Shown piece by piece: positions 1-6,919 of a stretch of 8,410 nt of DNA (within the stretch, counting starts at the first letter, position 1; every line of letters begins with the position of its first letter). This DNA comes from a virus. Lineage: Duplodnaviria; Heunggongvirae; Uroviricota; Caudoviricetes. A program made the translations under genes and the position numbers. The notes beneath the pieces were generated by a model. It made no database searches. It had not been told where the DNA came from and saw nothing but the letters and a program-made list of their open reading frames with translations. The stretch lies in IMG/VR virus record IMGVR_UViG_2690316318_000015; one strand, written 5' to 3'.

Positions 1-458
1 GTGTCCGCCCCATAAACATTCATCGAAAACATTTGAACAATATGACCACTTGGTAACTGAAACCAGTTTTTAAAAAAAAAAAATGCAGACAGGGAATATA
101 AACCTTCACGGGAATCATAATCAGTCGTCATATAGTTAGACGTATTATCAGAAACAGTTTCTGTCGGTCTGGTAACCAGACGATAAGAGCCAGTGGTTGG
201 TGATCTGACCAGACCAAAACTTTCAACCAGAGTGGCTTTTTGAAAGCTTAATAATCCCCGACCACTGTCAGCTCCACGCCCGTCATCCCAGCCACGAATA
301 AACTCACCGCGTAAATCAGGTAATTTATTTGTTGGATAAGCCTTTGCCAGTTCCGGGTATTCTTCAGCAGAAAATGCCGCACCGTTGCATTTCAGCCAGC
401 CTGTTGGCGGTGTGACTGAAGGCCATGGAACAGGCACACCAACAGGTAATGCAGAGCC
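1..458 (-). CDS. Tail-fibre variable C-terminal segment (Sv1), silent copy next to pin copy 1; 3' end runs off the window start
   Basis: Minus-strand translation from the crossover site reads ...[66 protein letters not shown]...FGLVRSPTTGSYRLV...KNWFQLPSGHIVQMFSMNVYGADT, resembling remembered Mu S / P1 S / e14 Stf variable parts. A fortuitous ATG in the pin-upstream region (about 510-512) is in frame. No stop within the window. Confidence 0.55.
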
Positions 459-484
459 TTCTCCCAAACCAACGTTTATGAAAA
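459..484. other. pix-type recombination crossover site, copy 1 (TTCTCCCAAACCAACGTTTATGAAAA), 50 bp upstream of pin copy 1
   Basis: 26-bp imperfect dyad (half-sites TTCTCCCAAACC and TTTTCATAAACG around a central AA) in the position and form expected for Hin/Gin/Cin/Pin sites. The left half continues into a tail-fibre variable segment, the right half into the pin leader. Confidence 0.7.
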
Positions 485-533
485 TGCAGAAATAACGGCT
501 AACTGGCATCATCTCTGGTTTTTATTCAGAGGG

Positions 534-1094
534 ATGATCATGCTTATTGGCTATGTACGCGTGTCAACAAATGACCAGAACACCGATTTGCAACGTAATG
601 CACTGAACTGCGCGGGATGTGAGCGGATTTTTGAGGATAAAATCAGTGGAACTAAGTCCGACAGACCAGGACTGAAAAAACTGCTCAGGACATTATTGGC
701 AGGTGACACGCTGGTGGTCTGGAAACTGGACCGACTGGGGCGCAGTATGCGGCATCTTGTCGTGCTGGTGGAGGAGTTGCGCGAACGAGGCATTAACTTT
801 CGTAGTCTGACGGATTCAATTGATACCAGTACCCCAATGGGGCGCTTTTTTTTTCATGTGATGGGTGCCCTGGCTGAAATGGAGCGTGAACTGATTGTTG
901 AACGAACAAAAGCTGGACTGGAAGCTGCTCGCGCACAGGGACGAATTGGTGGACGTCGTCCCAAACTTACACCAGAACAATGGGAACAGGCCGGACGATT
1001 AATTGCATCAGGAGTTCCTCGCCAGAAGGTGGCGATCATCTATGATGTTGGTGTGTCAACTTTGTATAAGATGTTTCCTGCAGGGGATAAATAA
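534..1094 (+). CDS. pin: Serine-recombinase DNA invertase Pin (Hin/Gin/Cin/Pin family), copy 1
   Basis: 186-aa ORF; MLIGYVRVSTNDQ (catalytic Ser region), LVVWKLDRLGRS, GINFRSLTDSIDTSTPMGRFFFHVMGALAEMERELIVERT and a C-terminal helix-turn-helix are family hallmarks. GAGGG lies 5-9 nt before the second ATG (540), so the true start may be there (184 aa). Confidence 0.92.
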   Translation: MIMLIGYVRVSTNDQNTDLQRNALNCAGCERIFEDKISGTKSDRPGLKKLLRTLLAGDTLVVWKLDRLGRSMRHLVVLVEELRERGINFRSLTDSIDTSTPMGRFFFHVMGALAEMERELIVERTKAGLEAARAQGRIGGRRPKLTPEQWEQAGRLIASGVPRQKVAIIYDVGVSTLYKMFPAGDK

Positions 1095-1200
1095 AGTTAA
1101 AGTCACTTTGTGTACAAAAGAAAATAAAACAACAGCAACTTGTTGCAATTTTATCAATAAAAGTAGTATTGTCGTAAAAAATTGATTAAAGATTAATATT

Positions 1201-1576
1201 ATGCATGTTTTTGATAATAATGGAATTGAACTGAAAGCTGAGTGTTTGATAGGTGAAGAGGATGGTGTTTATGGTCTAATCCTTGAGTCGTGGGGGCCGG
1301 GTGACAGAAACAAAGATTACAATATCGCTCTTGATTATATCATTGAACGGTTGGTTGATTCTGGTGTATCCCAAGTCGTAGTATATCTGGCGTCATCATC
1401 AGTCAGAAAACATATGCATTCTTTGGATGAAAGAAAAATCCATCCTGGTGAATATTTTACTTTGATTGGTAATAGCCCCCGCGATATACGCTTGAAGATG
1501 TGTGGTTATCAGGCTTATTTTAGTCGTACGGGGAGAAAGGAAATTCCTTCCGGCAATAGAACGAAACGAATATTGA
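1201..1576 (+). pseudogene. mcrA: mcrA 5' fragment (first ~125 codons), then the ORF reads through antisense tail-fibre sequence to a stop at 1623
   Basis: First 125 residues identical to the full-length 277-aa ORF at 3649..4482; identity ends abruptly at 1576/1577. The remaining 15 codons are antisense of the tail-fibre segment. Confidence 0.85.
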
Positions 1577-2133
1577 CTGACCAGACCAAAACTTTCAACC
1601 AGAGTGGCTTTTTGAAAGCTTAATAATCCCCGACCACTGTCAGCTCCACGCCCGTCATCCCAGCCACGAATAAACTCACCGCGTAAATCAGGTAATTTAT
1701 TTGTTGGATAAGCCTTTGCCAGTTCCGGGTATTCTTCAGCAGAAAATGCCGCACCGTTGCATTTCAGCCAGCCTGTTGGCGGTGTGACTGAAGGCCATGG
1801 AACAGGCACACCAACAGGTAATGCAGAGCCTTCTCCCAAACCAAGGTTTTCGAGAGCCGTTTTCACCGTGCCATCCGATTTGATATCGCCAAACGGATTC
1901 TTGCGGCTTAACAGCAGCGCACGAAGCGCGGTAAGCAGCTGGTCATGCCGCCCCTTCTCCAGGCTGGCACCGGATGCCTCCACCACGCTGCAGAGTTCTT
2001 CCTGCAACATGTCAAAGTAGTCATCATCCAGATCGGTGGCAGGTGTGCCGGTCTGGGGGTTACCACGGGTAAAACCGTTCTTACCCGCGCCGAACTTATC
2101 CTTCTGCGCGGTTTTCGTGTCTATACGATGCAT
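1399..2133 (-). CDS. Chimeric tail-fibre ORF: constant N-terminal part (2133..1857) joined across a pix site to the first ~84 codons of variable segment Sv1 (1856..1577), then antisense-mcrA read-through (1576..1399)
   Basis: N-terminus [46 protein letters not shown]... is the start I associate with e14 StfP-type tail fibres. The crossover site encodes ...ALENLGLGE, followed by [51 protein letters not shown]. Homology to the Sv1 copy at 205..458 stops at 1577. Confidence 0.6.
   Translation of the reverse strand: MHRIDTKTAQKDKFGAGKNGFTRGNPQTGTPATDLDDDYFDMLQEELCSVVEASGASLEKGRHDQLLTALRALLLSRKNPFGDIKSDGTVKTALENLGLGEGSALPVGVPVPWPSVTPPTGWLKCNGAAFSAEEYPELAKAYPTNKLPDLRGEFIRGWDDGRGADSGRGLLSFQKATLVESFGLVSQYSFRSIAGRNFLSPRTTKISLITTHLQAYIAGAITNQSKIFTRMDFSFIQRMHMFSD
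1831..1856. other. pix-type crossover site, copy 3 (TTCTCCCAAACCAAGGTTTTCGAGAG), inside the tail-fibre reading frame
   Basis: Shares the TTCTCCCAAACCAA half with sites 1 and 2 in the same orientation; the other half continues into the tail-fibre constant part. Confidence 0.65.
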
Positions 2134-2136
2134 GGA

Positions 2137-2320
2137 TTACTCCGGATATTTAAAAATTACGTAGGTATGCGAAGGGCAGAGTTTGTTAAGCACACACTCG
2201 ACAACGGTGTCGCCCCAGATACGCAGTGCGGAATCACAGGGATCGCCACATGTCATCCAGGTGGTGTTGGTGGCGGCTGGCATGTTGACCTGCCAGTAAT
2301 ACCGCCATTCCGGCGCATTC
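2137..2320 (-). other. Possible 3' end of the phage tail gene upstream of the tail-fibre gene; very uncertain
   Basis: Minus-strand frame ...[61 protein letters not shown] ends one codon before the tail-fibre ATG. No recognisable motif; called from position only. Confidence 0.25.
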
Positions 2321-2569
2321 ACATCTTTCTGATTCTGCCTGTTGAATAAGTTCTTCATGTGATGGTTGAGGTATTTCAGCCCATGTGGGAAAACCATTTA
2401 CCCCTGCAACTCGGATTTTCCCTTGTGGCGGTTCCGCCATATATTTTACAGAAATGTTATCAGGAATATCTAATGCATCAGCGGGCCATGTTCCATTTAC
2501 TTCATAAGTATTTTTTAAATTAACAGCATAAAATGCATTTTCCGAAGGGGAATAAATATATTGATTCAT
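2234..2569 (-). pseudogene. Tail-fibre assembly chaperone (Tfa) gene, N-terminal ~82 codons only (2569..2324); the rest of the ORF is unrelated sequence
   Basis: AGGAAG Shine-Dalgarno then ATG directly after the Sv2 stop. Residues 60-81 (...[23 protein letters not shown]) resemble the conserved mid-region of P2 G / Mu U / lambda Tfa; the next 29 codons do not look Tfa-like. Confidence 0.5.
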
Positions 2570-2570
2570 A

Positions 2571-2960
2571 TTATCTTCCTATTGCGATAATCATAGTTCC
2601 ATACAAACCATTTCCGGTTGATACTTTTAAGGTTACTGATGTCCTTGTTGTCGTGTACCCCATAAGTTTAAAGGTCGGAGCAGCCGTTAATGTGCCATCA
2701 GACCATAAGGCACTAACAGCAAGTGCACCTGAAGGAAATGCAATAGGGAAATTACCAGTAGTTCCGTTAGTGTCCGCCCCATAAACATTCATCGAAAACA
2801 TTTGAACAATATGACCACTTGGTAACTGAAACCAGTTTTTGCCAGATGGAAATGCAGACATATCTGGTATCTGATTTTCTCCTGTTCCCACATTCCGTTT
2901 TGCCGCTTCTCCCAAACCAACGTTTATGAAAATGCAGAAATAACGGCTAACTGGCATCAT
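2571..2960 (-). CDS. Tail-fibre variable C-terminal segment Sv2, silent copy next to pin copy 2 (variable part 2571..2906; leader 2933..2960 comes from the pin-upstream region)
   Basis: Translation MMPVSRYFCIFINVGLGE-AAKRNVGTGENQIPDMSAFPSGKNWFQLPSGHIVQMFSMNVYGADTNGTTGNFPIAFPSGALAVSALWSDGTLTAAPTFKLMGYTTTRTSVTLKVSTGNGLYGTMIIAIGR; the C-terminus is typical of Mu/P1/e14 tail-fibre tips. Shares about 30 residues with the Sv1 copy at 1..91. Confidence 0.65.
   Translation of the reverse strand: MMPVSRYFCIFINVGLGEAAKRNVGTGENQIPDMSAFPSGKNWFQLPSGHIVQMFSMNVYGADTNGTTGNFPIAFPSGALAVSALWSDGTLTAAPTFKLMGYTTTRTSVTLKVSTGNGLYGTMIIAIGR
2907..2932. other. pix-type crossover site, copy 2 (TTCTCCCAAACCAACGTTTATGAAAA), 50 bp upstream of pin copy 2
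   Basis: Identical to site 1 and in the same orientation. Confidence 0.7.
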
Positions 2961-2981
2961 CTCTGGTTTTTATTCAGAGGG

Positions 2982-3542
2982 ATGATCATGCTTATTGGCT
3001 ATGTACGCGTGTCAACAAATGACCAGAACACCGATTTGCAACGTAATGCACTGAACTGCGCGGGATGTGAGCGGATTTTTGAGGATAAAATCAGTGGAAC
3101 TAAGTCCGACAGACCAGGACTGAAAAAACTGCTCAGGACATTATTGGCAGGTGACACGCTGGTGGTCTGGAAACTGGACCGACTGGGGCGCAGTATGCGG
3201 CATCTTGTCGTGCTGGTGGAGGAGTTGCGCGAACGAGGCATTAACTTTCGTAGTCTGACGGATTCAATTGATACCAGTACCCCAATGGGGCGCTTTTTTT
3301 TTCATGTGATGGGTGCCCTGGCTGAAATGGAGCGTGAACTGATTGTTGAACGAACAAAAGCTGGACTGGAAGCTGCTCGCGCACAGGGACGAATTGGTGG
3401 ACGTCGTCCCAAACTTACACCAGAACAATGGGAACAGGCCGGACGATTAATTGCATCAGGAGTTCCTCGCCAGAAGGTGGCGATCATCTATGATGTTGGT
3501 GTGTCAACTTTGTATAAGATGTTTCCTGCAGGGGATAAATAA
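2982..3542 (+). CDS. pin: Serine-recombinase DNA invertase Pin, copy 2 (identical protein to copy 1)
   Basis: Same 186-aa translation as 534..1094; sits in the canonical position between a tail-fibre variable segment and mcrA. Confidence 0.92.
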   Translation: MIMLIGYVRVSTNDQNTDLQRNALNCAGCERIFEDKISGTKSDRPGLKKLLRTLLAGDTLVVWKLDRLGRSMRHLVVLVEELRERGINFRSLTDSIDTSTPMGRFFFHVMGALAEMERELIVERTKAGLEAARAQGRIGGRRPKLTPEQWEQAGRLIASGVPRQKVAIIYDVGVSTLYKMFPAGDK

Positions 3543-3648
3543 AGTTAAAGTCACTTTGTGTACAAAAGAAAATAAAACAACAGCAACTTGTTGCAATTTT
3601 ATCAATAAAAGTAGTATTGTCGTAAAAAATTGATTAAAGATTAATATT

Positions 3649-4482
3649 ATGCATGTTTTTGATAATAATGGAATTGAACTGAAAGCTGAGTGTTTGATAG
3701 GTGAAGAGGATGGTGTTTATGGTCTAATCCTTGAGTCGTGGGGGCCGGGTGACAGAAACAAAGATTACAATATCGCTCTTGATTATATCATTGAACGGTT
3801 GGTTGATTCTGGTGTATCCCAAGTCGTAGTATATCTGGCGTCATCATCAGTCAGAAAACATATGCATTCTTTGGATGAAAGAAAAATCCATCCTGGTGAA
3901 TATTTTACTTTGATTGGTAATAGCCCCCGCGATATACGCTTGAAGATGTGTGGTTATCAGGCTTATTTTAGTCGTACGGGGAGAAAGGAAATTCCTTCCG
4001 GCAATAGAACGAAACGAATATTGATAAATGTTCCAGGTATTTATAGTGACAGTTTTTGGGTGTCTATAATACGTGGAGAACTATCAGAGCTTTCTCAGCC
4101 TACAGATGATGAATCGCTTCTGAATATGAGGGTTAGTAAATTAATTAAGAAAACGTTGAGTCAGCCCGAGGGCTCCAGGAAACCAGTTGAGGTAGAAAGA
4201 CTACAAAAAGTTTATGTCCGAGATCCGATGGTAAAAGCTTGGATTTTACAGCAAAGTAAAGGTATATGTGAAAACTGTGGTAAAAATGCTCCGTTTTATT
4301 TAAATGATGGAAGCCCATACTTGGAAGTGCATCATGTAATTCCCCTGTCTTCAGGTGGTGCTGATACAACAGATAACTGTGTTGCCCTTTGTCCGAATTG
4401 TCATAGAGAATTGCACTATAGTAAAAATGCAAAAGAACTAATCGAGATGCTTTACGTTAATATAAACCGATTACAGAAATAA
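3649..4482 (+). CDS. mcrA: McrA, methylcytosine-directed type IV restriction endonuclease (HNH nuclease), full length
   Basis: 277 aa, the length of E. coli K-12 McrA, and the N-terminus matches my recollection of it. C-terminal HNH motif CENCGKNAPFYLNDGSPYLEVHHVIPLSSGGADTTDNCVALCPNCHRELH. AT-rich relative to pin, sits next to pin as in e14. Confidence 0.9.
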   Translation: MHVFDNNGIELKAECLIGEEDGVYGLILESWGPGDRNKDYNIALDYIIERLVDSGVSQVVVYLASSSVRKHMHSLDERKIHPGEYFTLIGNSPRDIRLKMCGYQAYFSRTGRKEIPSGNRTKRILINVPGIYSDSFWVSIIRGELSELSQPTDDESLLNMRVSKLIKKTLSQPEGSRKPVEVERLQKVYVRDPMVKAWILQQSKGICENCGKNAPFYLNDGSPYLEVHHVIPLSSGGADTTDNCVALCPNCHRELHYSKNAKELIEMLYVNINRLQK

Positions 4483-4715
4483 AATTGTTTATTAAAGTCA
4501 CATTTAAGACGTAATACCCTACAGGGTAAAAATTTTCTCTGATCTTAACTTCTGCAAATGTTAACTGCTATTTTTATGCTAAAAATGGTTATCAAAACTC
4601 AAAAACACATGTTTATAATCAATGAGTTATAGAAATGCTAAGGGCTAATGAGTTATATGCAAATTAGTAAAATTATGTTGCTATCTCAAATAGTTACGAT
4701 TTAGTCATCTAACTA

Positions 4716-4829
4716 ATGCTGCGCCATATGGGTTGGACTGAAGCAGCTGACCTGATTGTTAAAGGTATGGAAGGCGCTAAACTGCTGAAATGTTCAGAGT
4801 TTGGTGATGCGATCATCGAAAATATGTAA
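4716..4829 (+). pseudogene. icd: Displaced 3' end of icd (icdC-like fragment) marking the prophage/chromosome junction
   Basis: Translation [37 protein letters not shown] matches the remembered C-terminus of E. coli Icd. No upstream icd sequence; followed by a hairpin terminator. Confidence 0.75.
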
Positions 4830-4852
4830 TTACCACATGTGTTAAATATTAT

Positions 4853-4880
4853 AACGGGCGTATAACACGCCCGTTGTTTT
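4853..4880 (+). terminator. Rho-independent terminator (icd terminator)
   Basis: 9-bp perfect stem AACGGGCGT / ACGCCCGTT, 5-nt loop, then GTTTT; 24 nt after the icd-fragment stop. Confidence 0.6.
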
Positions 4881-4962
4881 ATGATGATGTAAAATCTTCC
4901 CCAAAACTTCCCCAAAACTGGCTATTTTCTATGCTGTTTTGATATCTACGATAACCCGGTAT

Positions 4963-5895
4963 TTACAGAGTTTCCTCAAAGAATGGAGCTAATACTGAAA
5001 TCGCTTCAGCCACATAGGCTTTGCCGTCATAGAGGTCCATATGGTTAGCGCCTTCAACAATGTGATAGCGTTTATCCTGACTTGATGCTCGATCGTACAG
5101 GTCGTCACTCATCCATTTACTTCCTGCCAGACTGCCCGCCACAATCTGCATCGGCTGAGTCAGGTACACTTCCGCCATATGGTAAGCATCATAGGTAATC
5201 ATCTGGTTAAGGCTGCGCAAAGTAGCGTAACCCGGTGCTGTTGGATACTGCGCGCGAGAGGTGTGGTAATACTCCCAGGCCTGACGCAGTTCTTCGTTCG
5301 GCGCATCGGACTCTTTCATTGGCGCCAGTGGCATAATGGCGTATTCTCCGCTGCTAATATCGCTGGTTCGGGCGTTTGAACCCGCTTCAATGTGTGGCAG
5401 AGCATCAATAGATTTCACATTGTTTTCCCAACCATTGCGGAACATCGAACCAATATTGACCGCACTAACGGTGCCGATAGCCTTGATGCGGCGATCCTGA
5501 ATTGCAGCATTGGCTGTATATCCTGCACCAGCACAAATTCCCATCGCACCAATTCGGGCATTGTCGACATAAGAAAGTGTTGTCAGGTAATCAATTACGG
5601 CACTGACGTCTTCAGTACGAATGTATGGGTTTTCTAACTGACGCGGCTCGCCGCCGCTTTCACCTTGATAAGATGCGTCATAAGCAATAGTGACAAATCC
5701 CTTTTCCGCCAGTTTTTCGGCATAGGTTCCGGCCGTTTGCTCTTTAACGCCCCCACCAGGGTGAGATACCACAATTGCCGGATACTGACGGGTTTCATCA
5801 AATTGGGGAGGGAAATAGATCACAGCAGACAAAGAGATGGTTGGATTATTGCTGTTAGTGAAGCTGACTTTATTATTCATCATTCTGTTCCTCAT
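4963..5895 (-). CDS. Alpha/beta-fold hydrolase (dienelactone-hydrolase / S9-peptidase-like) with a likely Cys nucleophile
   Basis: 310-aa ORF; probable start at the second ATG (about 5883, 306 aa) which has an AGGA Shine-Dalgarno. VVSHPGGG oxyanion-type motif and nucleophile elbow GAMGICAGAGY (G-x-C-x-G), with a downstream EGANHMD His motif. Size and pairing with a 299-aa LysR gene recall K-12 ycjY/pgrR, but I cannot confirm that from memory. Confidence 0.8.
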   Translation of the reverse strand: MRNRMMNNKVSFTNSNNPTISLSAVIYFPPQFDETRQYPAIVVSHPGGGVKEQTAGTYAEKLAEKGFVTIAYDASYQGESGGEPRQLENPYIRTEDVSAVIDYLTTLSYVDNARIGAMGICAGAGYTANAAIQDRRIKAIGTVSAVNIGSMFRNGWENNVKSIDALPHIEAGSNARTSDISSGEYAIMPLAPMKESDAPNEELRQAWEYYHTSRAQYPTAPGYATLRSLNQMITYDAYHMAEVYLTQPMQIVAGSLAGSKWMSDDLYDRASSQDKRYHIVEGANHMDLYDGKAYVAEAISVLAPFFEETL

Positions 5896-5982
5896 GGCGT
5901 TGCCGGTTCGTTTTAACGGCTGGTGATATCACTATAGATATTGATCATTAAGTTGATTAGACCCAAAATCATGATTGGACCT

Positions 5983-5996
5983 ATCATTTAAATGAT
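5983..5996. promoter_or_regulatory. Perfect 14-bp palindrome ATCATTTAAATGAT in the divergent hydrolase/LysR intergenic region; candidate LysR-type regulator binding site
   Basis: Self-complementary and AT-rich, about 25 bp upstream of the LysR start, in the position where LysR regulators usually bind their own divergent promoter. Confidence 0.35.
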
Positions 5997-6020
5997 TAAT
6001 AGATTGTATAGAGATACTGA

Positions 6021-6919
6021 ATGAAGCGTGAAGAAATCGCTGATCTGATGGCATTCGTCGTCGTTGCAGAGGAGCGTAGCTTCACTCGCGCAGCAGTCCG
6101 CTTGGGCATGGCGCAGTCAGCTTTAAGCCAGATAGTGCGTCGTATAGAAGAACGATTGGGATTGCGGCTCCTGACGCGAACCACGCGTAGCGTTGTGCCA
6201 ACTGAAGCGGGCGAACATCTTTTATCTGTTCTTGGCCCGATGTTGCATGACATAGATTCAGCCCTGTCATCCCTGAGTGAGCTGCAGAATCGCCCATCCG
6301 GGACAATACGTATTACTACAGTAGAACATGCAGCAAAGACGATACTGCTACCAGCCATGCGCACATTCCTGAAATCGCATCCTGAAATTGATATTCAGCT
6401 TACCATTGATTATGGTTTGACCGATGTCGTTTCTGAACGTTTTGATGCAGGTGTCCGTCTGGGAGGGGAGGTGGATAAAGATATGATTGCCATTCGAATC
6501 GGGCCTGATATACCAATGGCTATTGTTGGCTCACCGGATTATTTTTCCCGCCGAAGCGTTCCAACGTCAGTGTCACAATTAATAGACCATCAGGCCATTA
6601 ATTTGTATCTTCCCACATCGGGTACAGCGAATCGCTGGCGATTAATACGTGGTGGACGTGAGGTTCGTGTTCGCATGGAAGGTCAGCTTTTACTGAATAC
6701 GATAGATCTGATCATTGATGCTGCAATTGATGGGCACGGATTAGCGTATCTACCTCATGATCAGGTTGAGCGGGCGATTAAAGAAAAAAACTGATACGTG
6801 TTCTGGATAAATTCACACCAGACTTACCCGGTTATCACCTGTACTATCCACACCGTCGGCATGCTGGCTCGGCATTCTCCTTATTTATAGATAGGCTGAA
6901 GTATAAAGGCGCTGTTTAG
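6021..6919 (+). pseudogene. LysR-family transcriptional regulator, interrupted by a +1 frameshift in an A7 run (6784..6790); intact length would be 299 aa
   Basis: N-terminal HTH (ERSFTRAAVRLGMAQSALSQIVRRIEERLGLRLLTRTTRSVVPTEAG) and co-inducer-domain layout. The ORF stops at 6794, but the +1 frame continues LIRVLDKFTPDLPGYHLYYPHRRHAGSAFSLFIDRLKYKGAV* to 6919, which is a typical LysR C-terminus. Confidence 0.75.

Noticed and set aside
551-1039. Minus-strand ORFs 551..793 and 854..1039 inside pin, and their copies at 2999..3241 and 3302..3487
   Set aside because: Fully antisense to a well-supported invertase gene, with Ser/Arg/Pro-rich products typical of antisense frames in GC-balanced genes.
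1003-1185. Plus-strand 60-aa ORF overlapping the 3' end of pin (and its copy at 3451..3633)
   Set aside because: Out-of-frame overlap with pin running into the AT-rich pin-mcrA spacer; Cys-rich low-complexity product and no ribosome-binding site.
1757-2349. Plus-strand ORFs 1757..2020 and 1945..2349, and 2533..2784
   Set aside because: Antisense to the tail-fibre and tfa coding frames, which carry recognisable family motifs; no independent support.
2137-2397. The 86-aa minus-strand ORF taken as a complete gene starting at the ATG at 2397
   Set aside because: Its N-terminal part overlaps the Tfa-like frame out of phase and an in-frame stop lies immediately upstream; only the distal ~60 codons are plausibly coding, as a gene fragment, and even that is uncertain.
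459-2932. A functional multi-segment shufflon driven by two invertase copies
   Set aside because: The three crossover sites are in direct rather than inverted orientation and two of the three junctions between blocks are not at crossover sites, so the arrangement is better explained by duplication, illegitimate recombination or assembly chimerism than by an active shufflon.
4145-4432. Minus-strand 95-aa ORF inside mcrA
   Set aside because: Antisense to the HNH domain coding region; AT-rich sequence yields chance ORFs.
4709-4915. Minus-strand 68-aa ORF overlapping the icd fragment and terminator
   Set aside because: Antisense to the recognisable icd 3' end and spans a terminator hairpin; no start context.
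5179-5916. Plus-strand ORFs 5179..5379, 5392..5637 and 5665..5916 within the hydrolase gene
   Set aside because: All antisense to the 310-aa hydrolase ORF, which has clear alpha/beta-hydrolase motifs.
5996-6364. Minus-strand ORFs 5996..6364 and 6082..6306 within the LysR gene
   Set aside because: Antisense to the LysR HTH-coding region; Arg/Ser-rich antisense-type products.
4963-6919. Assigning the hydrolase and LysR genes the names ycjY and pgrR
   Set aside because: Predicted lengths (306 and 299 aa) and the divergent arrangement fit, but I cannot recall the reference sequences well enough to verify; left unnamed pending an alignment.
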